NCBI GenBank assembly: GCA_003598025.1
Contig: QZKH01000006.1
Location: forward strand, 108,035-172,034
Length of the DNA: 64,000 nucleotides
Source: Candidatus Omnitrophota bacterium
GTDB taxonomy: Bacteria; Omnitrophota; Gorgyraeia; Gygaellales; Profunditerraquicolaceae
Direction: 5' to 3'
The notes beneath the pieces are model-generated. The model did not search any database and was not told where the DNA came from. It saw only the letters and a list, made by a program, of their open reading frames with translations. Of this stretch, positions 48,825 through 58,760 are shown in pieces. Both the position numbers and the translations under genes were made by a program. Position 1 is the first letter of the stretch. Each line of letters begins with the position of its first letter.

Positions 48825-49493
48825 ATGCCGGAAATAACCGCAGCAAAAGAACCATTCAGGTTTTATACAAGGCTGCATCTTACCGAGCTTACAGGTTTTA
48901 GGGCCTCAACCCTGACGCAGCTGCTTAATTTAATCAAAGAAGTCCCCGGTTCGAGCATATATCATCATACACACAGGTTTTTGCAGCAGCATCAGCAATT
49001 TTCTCCTGAACCGCCGAATGATTTTTCTTATTGGGCCGTAGAGATACTCGGAGAGGATGATTTGGGAGAGAGGCTGGCCAGCGTTGATACCATACAATAC
49101 CCGACCATACGCAGCCTGCGCGAGAAAATCATTGAAACGATTGAAAATTACCTCGAAGAAGACCCGACTGCAAAACTAAGGTTTGCGCACAAGGGCGAGG
49201 AATTCCATTTTGCAAAATCAGTAAGTTTTGTCTTTCCCACTAATTATATTGCCGCAAATCTAAAAGAATTTGCTGAGATCCTTAAAAAAATAACAATAGA
49301 TTCGATTTATTTCCATATTTTTGAGGCAAGGCTCAGGCTTGAAAAGAAGGCCAATGATTTTTCTTACTGGATAGATACTTCCTTGGGGGATAAAGAGCTG
49401 GCAGATGGGATTTCACGCCTTGACCCTTACACGTATACACTTGAAGACCTTAGGCGTAAAATTGTAGCTATGGTTGAAAGAAAGATAAAGTGA
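48825..49493 (+). CDS. DUF5752-like protein (internal duplication SIY.H..NDFSYW)
   Basis: Two repeats ending in NDFSYW; precedes treT. Confidence 0.75.
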   Translation: MPEITAAKEPFRFYTRLHLTELTGFRASTLTQLLNLIKEVPGSSIYHHTHRFLQQHQQFSPEPPNDFSYWAVEILGEDDLGERLASVDTIQYPTIRSLREKIIETIENYLEEDPTAKLRFAHKGEEFHFAKSVSFVFPTNYIAANLKEFAEILKKITIDSIYFHIFEARLRLEKKANDFSYWIDTSLGDKELADGISRLDPYTYTLEDLRRKIVAMVERKIK

Positions 49494-49494
49494 T

Positions 49495-50706
49495 ATGGTA
49501 AAGATAGAAGAATATGTTTCTATAGTCGGTGAATCTGTTATTGAAGACTTAAAGCTTGTTGCTGACAGGCTAAAAGGCAAAGTGATCCAGCATATTAATT
49601 CAACTGCGGTAGGAGGCGGGGTAGCGGAGATTTTAAACAGGATGGTTCCTTTGTTAAAAGAATTAGGCGTTGATTGCCGCTGGGACCTGATTAAAGGCGG
49701 GGAGCAGTTTTTTGATGTTACCAAGAAATTTCATAACGCCTTGCATGGGCGCAGAGAGGATATCACGCAAAAGGATTTTGATATTTTCCTTGAGACCAGC
49801 AATAAGAATATCGAAGAGGTAAACACTTACGGGGATATTGTGTTTATCCATGACCCCCAGCCCATTGCGTTAATCAAGAAGAAAGCCCAAAATAAATGGT
49901 TGTGGAGATGCCACATTGATGTCTCAGAGCCTAATAAAAAACTTTGGGATTTTCTTAGGGAATATATAGTGCAGTATGATTCTGTCGTATTTTCTACTCC
50001 GGGATTTTCACAAAAATTGCCCATAAGGCAGTTTTTGATATCTCCGTCTATAGATCCATTAAGCGATAAAAATAAAGAACTGCCTGAGGACCTGATTGCA
50101 GCAGTACTCAGGAAATACGGCGTGCCGGATGATAAGCCTATAGTTACACAGATCTCGCGTTTTGACAGGCTCAAGGATCCGATAGGGGTAATAAAGGCAT
50201 ATAAGCTGGTAAAGAAATATATTGATTGCCGCCTTATATTGGCAGGCGGCACGGCCAGCGATGATCCGGAAGGTATTAAAGTCCTTGAAGAAGTCAGAGA
50301 GCATTCTCAGGGAGATAAGGATATACATATTTTGCTTATGCCGCAAAACGACATCGAGATCAATGCCCTTCAGAGGGCCTCAGCTGTATTGGTACAGAAA
50401 TCATTAAAAGAGGGATTTGGATTGACCGTTTCCGAGGCCTTATGGAAAGCAAAACCTGTTGTTGCCTCTAACGTCGGAGGCATACCATTGCAGATCAAAC
50501 ATAAGTATTCTGGGCTGCTTTGTCATTCTATAGAAGGAGCTGCGTTTGAAATAAAGCAGTTATTGAACAGCCCCGAATACGCAAAGCGCCTTGGAACAAA
50601 CGGCAAAGAACACATAAGAAACAATTTCCTGCTTACCCGCCATTTGAAGGATTATATGTTGTTATTTCTCTCTCTTTACCATCCCGAAGATATAGTGTAT
50701 TTATAG
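49495..50706 (+). CDS. treT: Trehalose synthase TreT (GT4)
   Basis: NSTAVGGGVAEIL, HDPQP, WRCHID, SRFDRLKDP, EGFGLTV.EA.WK. Confidence 0.9.
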   Translation: MVKIEEYVSIVGESVIEDLKLVADRLKGKVIQHINSTAVGGGVAEILNRMVPLLKELGVDCRWDLIKGGEQFFDVTKKFHNALHGRREDITQKDFDIFLETSNKNIEEVNTYGDIVFIHDPQPIALIKKKAQNKWLWRCHIDVSEPNKKLWDFLREYIVQYDSVVFSTPGFSQKLPIRQFLISPSIDPLSDKNKELPEDLIAAVLRKYGVPDDKPIVTQISRFDRLKDPIGVIKAYKLVKKYIDCRLILAGGTASDDPEGIKVLEEVREHSQGDKDIHILLMPQNDIEINALQRASAVLVQKSLKEGFGLTVSEALWKAKPVVASNVGGIPLQIKHKYSGLLCHSIEGAAFEIKQLLNSPEYAKRLGTNGKEHIRNNFLLTRHLKDYMLLFLSLYHPEDIVYL

Positions 50707-50737
50707 CACGGTTATCATCAGGGGCAATGCATCCTAG

Positions 50738-51583
50738 TTATTTTTTAGAGGCATAAATTATCCAGCTGTAGTCAATATTATCCAAAGTGATGCCGGAAGG
50801 TAGGCTTGGTATTTGAATGTTATAGCCGGCGTTTTTAAGTATGGCGGTTAGTTTATGGCTATCAACACCGTAATTAGGCCACAAATATGGGTGGCATTCT
50901 ATCGCAATAAATCTTGGGTAACCGGATTCCCGCAGTAATATGTTCTTTGCGCCAAGGAGAATATCCATTTCGAATCCCTCAGTATCTATTTTTAATATAT
51001 CGATTTTCTTTTCAGTAAAGATATTATCCATGGCCTGTGATTCAACCGTAAAAGATGCACCGGAGTTATTTTCCGTATGGCTGATAATGTGGCTTTCTGA
51101 AAATTCTTTATTTATTCTCAGTATAGATTTGTTGGCAGCCAGTGCGATATTCAATGGTTTAACTATGTTTAAAACTTCGTTCAATGCAATATTTTCTTTT
51201 AATACTTCGAAATTTACCGGGTTAGGCTCAAATGCTATGACTTCTCCGGATTCTCCTGTTTTTTTGGCGAGCAAAACAGCAAGGATCCCAATATATGAAC
51301 CGGCATCAACTACAGTATCTCCGGGCCTTACTTCGTCTATTATCTTTTTCCACCAGGTAATCTCTTTAAGGGGCGGGTCTAAAAAGAATTCTTTGTGTCT
51401 GTTGTGAATGTATACGTGGCCTATCCCGTCTATTATCCTTACAACCTTGTTTTTAAAGGCCAACTTTAATATGGCTGCATGCAGGGGCTCGAGTTTCCTT
51501 AAGTGTGGTCTGATTCTATTCAGCCATGGCAGTCGCCTTAAGCCATGGGCGATATTCTCAAATATGATAAGTATTCTTTTCAT
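50738..51583 (-). CDS. FkbM family methyltransferase
   Basis: VDAGSYIG, AFEPNP, KIDTEGFE. Confidence 0.9.
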   Translation of the reverse strand: MKRILIIFENIAHGLRRLPWLNRIRPHLRKLEPLHAAILKLAFKNKVVRIIDGIGHVYIHNRHKEFFLDPPLKEITWWKKIIDEVRPGDTVVDAGSYIGILAVLLAKKTGESGEVIAFEPNPVNFEVLKENIALNEVLNIVKPLNIALAANKSILRINKEFSESHIISHTENNSGASFTVESQAMDNIFTEKKIDILKIDTEGFEMDILLGAKNILLRESGYPRFIAIECHPYLWPNYGVDSHKLTAILKNAGYNIQIPSLPSGITLDNIDYSWIIYASKK

Positions 51584-51845
51584 AATGTTTATCTTAACAT
51601 TCGCAAGTAATAAGTCAATGGTTATGGTATGATAAAAAGCGGCTATATTGGTTATTAAGTAAATATTAATCTTGAATAGAATTTCGCTTAGGATATAATA
51701 TTAGACCTGAAGATTTAAAATATCTTGCGCCCATAGCTCAATCCCTCGGCATCTAGCCCTCGGGACTCCGCGGCAAGCAAAATTAAGCTTGCCTTGTCGT
51801 TGGATAAAGGAACTTTCGCTATGTGCGATATTGACAAAATATCTT

Positions 51846-51919
51846 GCGCCCATAGCTCAATTGGATAGAGCACTTGCCTACGGAGCAAGTTGTTGCTGGT
51901 TCAACTCCAGCTGGGCGCA
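51846..51919 (+). tRNA. tRNA-Arg(ACG)
   Basis: GCGCCCA/TGGGCGC acceptor, CTTGC-CTACGGA-GCAAG. Confidence 0.93.
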
Positions 51920-52105
51920 TTTAGGTTTTATCCTTCGATACATTCGCCCTGCGGGTTCATTTGCTCAGGATGGTTCGACTTGTGGTGAGCAAGCGACCCT
52001 TTGATAAGCCTAGGGGAGCGCGTCGAATCACTCCAGTTGGGCGCATTTATTTGATAATTCTGTGGGCCACAAGGCCACAATAATACCTAACGCATTTTCC
52101 TTCCT

Positions 52106-52564
52106 ATGAACAAAATCGACGAAAACTACATGGCTGAAGCCTTGAAAGAGGCTAAAACCGCTTTCGATGAAGATGAGGTGCCGGTAGGGGCAGTCATTGT
52201 TTATCAGGGAAAGATCATCTCCCGGGGTCACAATCAGGTAGAGCGTTTAAAAGACCCAAGCGCACATGCAGAGATGCTTGCCTTGACTTCTGCCTCTAGT
52301 TATCTTGGGACAAAGTGGTTGAACGGGGCATCTTTGTATGTTACAATTGAACCTTGTAGTATGTGCGCAGGAGCACTTGTCCTGGCGCGTATAGACAGGA
52401 TAATTTTCGGGGCGCAAGACCCTAAAACAGGAGCCTGCGGTTCAGTTATAAATATCTCTAATAATAAAAGATTAAACCATCATATAAAGGTAAATAATGG
52501 CATTCTGGCCAAAGAATGCGGGGAGTTATTAAGTAGCTTTTTCAAAAAGAAGAGGCAGAAATAA
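52106..52564 (+). CDS. tadA: tRNA adenosine(34) deaminase
   Basis: EVPVGAV, HAEM, EPCSMC; next to its substrate tRNA-Arg(ACG). Confidence 0.95.
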   Translation: MNKIDENYMAEALKEAKTAFDEDEVPVGAVIVYQGKIISRGHNQVERLKDPSAHAEMLALTSASSYLGTKWLNGASLYVTIEPCSMCAGALVLARIDRIIFGAQDPKTGACGSVINISNNKRLNHHIKVNNGILAKECGELLSSFFKKKRQK

Positions 52565-52665
52565 GTTAGTTCACAGATAACAGTTCACAGTGCACAGCAT
52601 TGGGACCTGCTCTTTTCCATGAACCATGAACTATGAACTAAACTTACTTATAGATGCTAATTTTT

Positions 52666-52754
52666 GGAGAGGTGGCTGAGCGGCCGAAAGCAAATCACTG
52701 CTAATGATTTGGCTGGGGAAACCTGGCCCCTGGGTTCGAATCCCAGCCTCTCCG
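52666..52754 (+). tRNA. tRNA-Ser(GCT)
   Basis: GGAGAGG/CCTCTCC acceptor, AATCA-CTGCTAA-TGATT. Confidence 0.93.
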
Positions 52755-52922
52755 TTCTTCTTCGCTCAAACATTTTCATGTTTGAGCTACGAAGCAACGA
52801 GTTTTTCTCACATAAGCGTTTTAGTGTTTGAGTTACGAAGCAACAGCCATTTCTCTAAACAGGAGAAGAAGAATTGCTGCGAAGCCCCACCGTAATCTTA
52901 GTAAGCTATGGGCGTAGCAGAA
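52755..52922. repeat. Cluster of REP-like palindromes (TTCTKCTWCGCYC-N-GRGCTWCGMAGCAA)
   Basis: Two direct units and one inverted unit; related units at 28016 and 32920. Confidence 0.8.
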
Positions 52923-52939
52923 AATAGTTATTCCAAGTA

Positions 52940-53203
52940 ATGCACACAGTTTATGTTCTGAGAAGCAAGAATTGTCCTCAACGTTTGTACATTGGCTTGA
53001 CTGAGAATTTATAAAACAGGGTGAAAGAACACAATACCGGTAAATCACGGTATAGCAAAATTTATGCTCCTTGGGATTTAGAGGTTTGCATTGATTTCAA
53101 ATATAAATCTCAAGCCGTTAGCTTCGAGAAATACTTAAAATCCGGCTCTGGGTTTGCTTTTTTGAAGAGACACTTGCTGCCTGAATCTAATCCTGTCGGG
53201 TAA
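52940..53203 (+). pseudogene. GIY-YIG (YhbQ/SLX1-like) nuclease with in-frame stop
   Basis: MHTVYVLRS..LYIGLTENL*NRVKEHN..A..FEKYLKSGSG; TAA at 53012-53014. Confidence 0.88.
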
Positions 53204-53243
53204 TTAGTAAAACACATTTTAATCTATAGATTAACTTTAAACT

Positions 53244-54827
53244 ATGTCCTACACAGTATTCGCATTAAAATGGCGGCCGTTGACATTTGATGAGATTGTC
53301 GGCCAGCAACACATAGTTTCAACCCTTAAAAGCGCAATAGAAAAAAACCGCCTTGCGCATGCCTATCTTTTCGCCGGGCCAAGGGGAGTGGGAAAGACTT
53401 CTACAGCCAGAATATTGGCAAAATCTCTAAATTGCAAAAATGGCCCGACAACCAAGCCTTGTAATACCTGCCCTTCTTGTAATGATATTACTCAAGGCAG
53501 AAGCATGAATGTTATTGAGATCGATGGTGCTTCTAATAGGGGCATAGATGAAATAAGGACCCTGAGGGAAAATGTCAAATTCGCTCCTATACAGGGAAAA
53601 TATAAGATTTATATCATAGATGAAGTACATATGCTCACCACCGAAGCTTTCAACGCTCTGCTTAAAACCCTTGAGGAACCACCGGAATTCGTAAAATTTA
53701 TATTTGCGACAACCCAGCCAAGCAAAGTACTTGCGACAATACTTTCCAGGTGCCAGCGTTTTGATTTTCGCAGGATAACCATGTCAGAGATCGTTGAGCA
53801 ACTGGAGAAGATAACCAAGCAGGAAAAAGTCAATGTCGACAGGCAGGTCCTTTTTTCTATTGCTAAAAGCAGCGAAGGCTCATTAAGGGACGCAGAATCT
53901 ATATTGGACCAGCTTGTTTCTTTTTCTGGGGAGAGCATTTCTTTGAATGATGTTATCTCAGTCTTAGGCTTGGTCGAGCAGGATATTTTATTTGAGATAA
54001 CCGATATGATACTGAATAATGATGCACAAGCTGTCCTTAACCTTCTTAATAAGGTATCGGATGAGGGTAAGGACCTAACAGTCTTTTTAAATCTTTTTAT
54101 TGAGCATTTCCGTAACCTGATGGTCGCAAAAGTAGCCAGGCAAGACCTTGCGTTGATTGATCTGCCGCAGGAGTTTAGCAGCAGGCTTTCTAAGCAGTCT
54201 GAAAGTTTTACCTTAAGCGAAATTTTTAGTGCCCTGAATATATTAATCAGCGCCCAGGAGATGGCCAAGAGGTTTGATTCCTTACGTATACCTCTTGAGA
54301 TAGCTTTGGTGAGGCTTGCTCATGCGGGCAGCAAAGAAAAGAATACTATAAAAGAACCAGAAAAGAAGATAAAGGCTGCTGTGAATGATATGCCTTTACC
54401 GAAGGAAAAACCAATGCATGCCGTGCGGGCCAAACCTAAAGAAACACCTCCTGCTGAAGAAAACACAGTGCCTGAACCGGAATCCTATATAACTTTGGAG
54501 CGGATAAAAGACGCCTGGCAGAACATAATTGCTGAAATAGGCAAGGTTAAGATGTCGGTTGCCACTTATTTAAGCGAAGGCAGCCCTGTAAAATGCGAGA
54601 AAAATGTTTTAACGGTAAGTTTCGCCAAGAACCATCTCTTACACAAAGAGTCTCTTGAAAAGAAAGATAATAAAGACCTGGTTGAAAAGCTTATATTAGA
54701 GCTCACTAAGGCGCGTGTCAGGATTAATTTCCTGCTTTCTAAAGAAGAGCATAAACAGGAATCCCAGGAAAGCTCACCTTTCTTAAAAAATGTGCTTAAT
54801 ACTTTTAAGGGGAGGCTTATAAGTTAG
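53244..54827 (+). CDS. dnaX: DNA polymerase III subunit gamma/tau
   Basis: KWRP, GPRGVGKT, IIDEVHML, SRCQRF. Confidence 0.97.
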   Translation: MSYTVFALKWRPLTFDEIVGQQHIVSTLKSAIEKNRLAHAYLFAGPRGVGKTSTARILAKSLNCKNGPTTKPCNTCPSCNDITQGRSMNVIEIDGASNRGIDEIRTLRENVKFAPIQGKYKIYIIDEVHMLTTEAFNALLKTLEEPPEFVKFIFATTQPSKVLATILSRCQRFDFRRITMSEIVEQLEKITKQEKVNVDRQVLFSIAKSSEGSLRDAESILDQLVSFSGESISLNDVISVLGLVEQDILFEITDMILNNDAQAVLNLLNKVSDEGKDLTVFLNLFIEHFRNLMVAKVARQDLALIDLPQEFSSRLSKQSESFTLSEIFSALNILISAQEMAKRFDSLRIPLEIALVRLAHAGSKEKNTIKEPEKKIKAAVNDMPLPKEKPMHAVRAKPKETPPAEENTVPEPESYITLERIKDAWQNIIAEIGKVKMSVATYLSEGSPVKCEKNVLTVSFAKNHLLHKESLEKKDNKDLVEKLILELTKARVRINFLLSKEEHKQESQESSPFLKNVLNTFKGRLIS

Positions 54828-54829
54828 AT

Positions 54830-55432
54830 ATGGCAAATTATACAGAGACAATCGAGAGACTTATCGAAAGGCTCACTAAACTACCCGGCATAGGCAGGCG
54901 CAGCGCAGAGCGTATTGTCGGCTATATCCTTAATAGCGCCTCTGTTGATGAAGTAAAGGTTTTGGCAGAGCTTATCAATAAAGTAAAAGAAAATGTGAAG
55001 AGCTGCCGGATCTGCAATAATTTAAGCGAAGAAGAAACATGCAGAATCTGCAAAGATGTACGCAGAAGAAAAGATTTGATCTGTATAGTTGAAAATCCCA
55101 GCGATGTGAATGCGATTGAAAAAGCGGGGAATTTTACGGGCGTCTACCATGTCCTTATGGGTTCGATTTCCCCTCTGGAGGGCAGGGGGCCTTCGGAACT
55201 TAAGATAGATAGCCTGATAAAGAGGATAAAAGAAGATAATGTTAAAGAGATAGTCATTGCTACCGATGCAGATACAGACGGGGAAACCACCGCTATGTAT
55301 CTTATGAAATTGCTCAAACCTTTAGGTATTCAGATTTCCCGTATCGGAGTAGGTATACCTATGGGTTCGAATCTTGAGTATGCAGACTCTGCAACCTTAG
55401 CCAAGGCCCTGGAATCTCGCCGCACAATCTAA
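54830..55432 (+). CDS. recR: Recombination mediator RecR
   Basis: LPGIG.RSA.R, C4 zinc finger, Toprim, LEYAD. Confidence 0.96.
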   Translation: MANYTETIERLIERLTKLPGIGRRSAERIVGYILNSASVDEVKVLAELINKVKENVKSCRICNNLSEEETCRICKDVRRRKDLICIVENPSDVNAIEKAGNFTGVYHVLMGSISPLEGRGPSELKIDSLIKRIKEDNVKEIVIATDADTDGETTAMYLMKLLKPLGIQISRIGVGIPMGSNLEYADSATLAKALESRRTI

Positions 55433-55436
55433 TCCG

Positions 55437-57368
55437 ATGATTACTATAACAAATCTTTCAAAAAGTTACGGCAAAAAGGAACTTTTTAGGAACGTTTCTT
55501 TAACCATTAACCGCGGGGAAAAAATCGGGCTTATCGGCCCTAACGGCGCGGGGAAAAGCACGCTTTTTTACCTTATCCTGAAAGAGCTTGAGCCGTCTTC
55601 CGGGGATGTGCATGTGCAGAAAAATACGCATATAGGATACCTGCCTCAAGAAGCAAGCTTTCATTCTGAGAGGACAATATTACAGGAATTGACCGAGGGG
55701 GATAAGAGGGTGTTAAGTCTGCGTAAGGAGAAAAGGGAGCTAGAAGATAAGAATGAGGCAGGTTCTCTAAGATACGGCGAAATACTGCATGCATTGGAAT
55801 CATTAGGTTTTTTTGAGCTGGAGCATAAGGCAAAGAAAATACTTATGGGCCTGGGTTTTAAAGAGAAGGATTTTAACAGGCCGATAAAAGAATTAAGCGG
55901 TGGTTGGCAGATGCGCGTATTATTGGCTAATCTCCTTACCTATGCTTATGATATTTTATTACTGGATGAGCCTACGAACTATCTGGACCTGGGTGCTGCT
56001 CTTTGGTTAAAAGATTACCTGGAAGGCTTTGAGGGGACATTCATAATGATATCCCACGATAGGGATTTTCTTACGGATGTGACAAATTATACGTTGATAT
56101 TAGAGAACGGAAGTATTACTAAAGTGCATGGTAATTACGAACATTATGAGCAGATAAAAAATGAAAAGCGTAAATTTTTGCTGAAGCAATTTAAGGAACA
56201 AGAAAAGAAAAAAGAACAGCTAGAGAGGTTCGTTGAGCGTTTCCATGCCCAACCGAATAAAGCCGCATCTGTCCGTGCCAAGCGCAGGGTTTTGGAGAGA
56301 ATGGAAGAAGAGGCGGTAGTCTTACCGCCTGATCCGCGTGAAAGTATCGGCAGTTTTAAATTCCCCCAGGCCAGAAAAAGCGGGCATAGGGTCATCTCGT
56401 TAAAAAATATATCTAAATCATATGGTGATATCCAGGTATATAAAGATTTTGATTTTGAGATTATGCAGAATGAAAAGGCAGTACTTGCCGGCGAGAACGG
56501 TGCGGGAAAATCCACGTTATTAAAGATACTTGCAGGAGTTATAGATATTGATAACGGAGAAAGGGCTATAGGCTACAATGTAGATATAGGTTATTTTTCG
56601 CAGACCAGGATGGATGTGCTTAATCCCGAGAATACGGTTTTAGAAGAAGCATATACCGCAAGCCCAGGCTCCATGGCAGAGGAAGTGGTGCGCACTATTT
56701 TAGGAGCTTTTTTATTTACCGGAGATGATTCTGATAAAAAAGTCAAAGTATTATCAGGAGGAGAAAAGAGCAGGCTTATACTTGCCAAACTTCTAATTGA
56801 CCCGCCGAATTTTCTTTTGCTTGATGAGCCTACTACTCATCTTGATGTAGATGCGGTCGATGCCTTGATAATGGCGCTTAAAGATTATGAAGGCACGCTT
56901 GTTTTTATCAGCCATGACATACATTTTGTGCGCTCTGTGGCAAATGTAGTCTTTGAGGTAAAAGATGGGAAAGTGAGGAAATTCCCCGGCAATTTTGATT
57001 ATTATTTGGAGAAGAGGTCTACCGAACTAAACGTCCTTCCTGAAAAAAACATAAAACGCGATAAGAATAAAGTGGCTTTAGAAGAAGCAAGAGAACTAAA
57101 GAAACTCGAAGAAAAGAGGAAGAGAGAAGAAGAAAAGAAACGCAAATCGTATAATGATGCGATTCGTGATAAGATTACGAAGTTGGTAAAGGAAAAGCAA
57201 GAGTTGAACCTGGAAAGTTATGCTAAGTCCCGCGCTTTGTCGAATCCCAGGATATTCCGCGATGAAGAAACTGTTAAAGCATATGGCAGAAGGCTTAAAG
57301 AGATAGAAAAGCTTTTACAGGAGATAGATAAGGGAATTGAAGATTTAAAGTCACAGATTATTAGATAA
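55437..57368 (+). CDS. ABC-F family ATPase
   Basis: Two ABC domains (GPNGAGKST/LSGG/DEPT), no TM helices, coiled-coil tail. Confidence 0.93.
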   Translation: MITITNLSKSYGKKELFRNVSLTINRGEKIGLIGPNGAGKSTLFYLILKELEPSSGDVHVQKNTHIGYLPQEASFHSERTILQELTEGDKRVLSLRKEKRELEDKNEAGSLRYGEILHALESLGFFELEHKAKKILMGLGFKEKDFNRPIKELSGGWQMRVLLANLLTYAYDILLLDEPTNYLDLGAALWLKDYLEGFEGTFIMISHDRDFLTDVTNYTLILENGSITKVHGNYEHYEQIKNEKRKFLLKQFKEQEKKKEQLERFVERFHAQPNKAASVRAKRRVLERMEEEAVVLPPDPRESIGSFKFPQARKSGHRVISLKNISKSYGDIQVYKDFDFEIMQNEKAVLAGENGAGKSTLLKILAGVIDIDNGERAIGYNVDIGYFSQTRMDVLNPENTVLEEAYTASPGSMAEEVVRTILGAFLFTGDDSDKKVKVLSGGEKSRLILAKLLIDPPNFLLLDEPTTHLDVDAVDALIMALKDYEGTLVFISHDIHFVRSVANVVFEVKDGKVRKFPGNFDYYLEKRSTELNVLPEKNIKRDKNKVALEEARELKKLEEKRKREEEKKRKSYNDAIRDKITKLVKEKQELNLESYAKSRALSNPRIFRDEETVKAYGRRLKEIEKLLQEIDKGIEDLKSQIIR

Positions 57369-57384
57369 GTGGCATTATAGCAAC

Positions 57385-57417
57385 AAAAAGACCAGCAAAA
57401 AATATGCTGGTCTTTTT
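57385..57417. terminator. Bidirectional terminator; related copies at 58868-58898 and inverted at 59591-59617
   Basis: AAAAAGACCAGC..GCTGGTCTTTTT. Confidence 0.8.
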
Positions 57418-57490
57418 TAATTTGGTTCCCGTATTGGATGAGTTTCCGAACCGGTGTATGACAGAGGAGGCAGAGGAAATGGCCGGTGAA

Positions 57491-57820
57491 TTAAACCTTA
57501 CAGCCGCAATTCTTGTTGCGTAAAATTTCTATTTGTTTTTTGCGGGAATCTACAAATACAGATTGTTTTTTGATACCGCTGGCAAGAATGCGATTGAGGC
57601 TACTGTAATGATGATATCCCCTAAGTTTCATTTCATTGGTAAGCATCTTATGTCTTACATATAGAGCCGCTAATTTACCTTTCCATCTCAAGGTTTCCGG
57701 ATGCCTAGAATATCCTTTTTTGTTGTTTGTTAAAATGGACCATACGGCATGCAATTCTCTATGTTCTCCCAATAGATGATTACGGCATAATTTTCTTGGT
57801 GCGATGTCCCATATTCTCAT
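57491..57820 (-). CDS. Pyrimidine dimer DNA glycosylase / T4 endonuclease V family
   Basis: MRIWD..P..LC..HLLGEHRELH, HPET.RW, EM..RGY. Confidence 0.88.
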   Translation of the reverse strand: MRIWDIAPRKLCRNHLLGEHRELHAVWSILTNNKKGYSRHPETLRWKGKLAALYVRHKMLTNEMKLRGYHHYSSLNRILASGIKKQSVFVDSRKKQIEILRNKNCGCKV

Positions 57821-57962
57821 GTTTTTATAATACACAAAAACAAAACCCTCAGCAACATGTTTTGTCACAGAGGGTTAAGTTTAATTGGCTCCCCCAAGAC
57901 TACGATTTTCGCAACTTTCTAGAGGAGTTCACCGAATTGCGTCTAGCCATAGGGCGGAAATT

Positions 57963-58760
57963 TTATTCAAATTTAAAACTATTTAGTTTATTTTCTACCT
58001 CTTCCGCCGCTTGGACATTACCTTCTTTCAAAAATAACTCTTTAGCCTTTATAAAACTGTTTCTTGCCTTGTCATATTCCTGAAAATACAAATATACGCC
58101 TCCTAGTCCAGAGTGTGCTAATGCAAAATTAGGATCTAATCTGACAGCCTCACTGAAAGAATCTTTTACCTTTTGAGGGTTAGAAAGATAATTATATACC
58201 ATGCCAATATCAAAATATAGTTTCGCATTCTCAGGCTCTATCTCAGTAGCCTTATTATAATAAAATAAGCTTTTTTGATAGTCTTGTAATTCATCATAAA
58301 GTTTGCCAAGAGCAATATATGGCTCAGAAGAATTAGGGCTTAATTTAAGAGCAGTTTCAAAGTTATCCTTCGCCTCATCATATCTCCTCAGCACAGCATA
58401 AACAACACCCAGATTTTGATAGCCCTCAAAAGATTGCGGTTCAATATCAATTAAATCACGAAACTCTTTTATAGCCTCTTCATATTTTCCCTCTGCAAAA
58501 TACCTTTTTCCTTCAGCAATATGTTTGCCCTTCGGAGAAGTATAGAATAATTCTGTTGCGGATCCTCCATCAATTCTGTTAATCTCATCAAAATAATAAG
58601 TGACTTCTATATCGTAACCTATATTGATCTTGACGCTTTCATTAGTTCTTTCTATTATTTTGCCTTCGATAGTCTTTCCTGAATTTAAAATAATAGTTTC
58701 AGCAAAAACATTATTCATCAAAATCAATACAAGCGTAACTAAAATAACCAATACTTTCAT
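57963..58760 (-). CDS. Secreted TPR protein
   Basis: Signal peptide, AETIILNSGK domain, about 5 TPR repeats. Confidence 0.88.
   Translation of the reverse strand: MKVLVILVTLVLILMNNVFAETIILNSGKTIEGKIIERTNESVKINIGYDIEVTYYFDEINRIDGGSATELFYTSPKGKHIAEGKRYFAEGKYEEAIKEFRDLIDIEPQSFEGYQNLGVVYAVLRRYDEAKDNFETALKLSPNSSEPYIALGKLYDELQDYQKSLFYYNKATEIEPENAKLYFDIGMVYNYLSNPQKVKDSFSEAVRLDPNFALAHSGLGGVYLYFQEYDKARNSFIKAKELFLKEGNVQAAEEVENKLNSFKFE

Noticed and set aside
18514-52049. A 33-kb element bounded by tRNA-Arg 3'-end repeats
   Set aside because: The interval holds core genes (serS, tRNAs); the matches are explained by the paralogous tRNA-Arg and its local duplication
53012-53014. Stop-codon readthrough or alternative genetic code in the GIY-YIG gene
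   Set aside because: TAA terminates many genes in this window; a single nonsense mutation or sequencing error is simpler
52755-53243. SRP RNA (ffs), often found between tadA/tRNA-Ser and dnaX
   Set aside because: No helix-8 motif (CAGG..GNRA..GCAG) seen; the space is occupied by palindromes and the GIY-YIG pseudogene
57727-58083. 118-aa plus-strand ORF
   Set aside because: Overlaps two supported minus-strand genes; only the short recombinase-tail-like piece is informative
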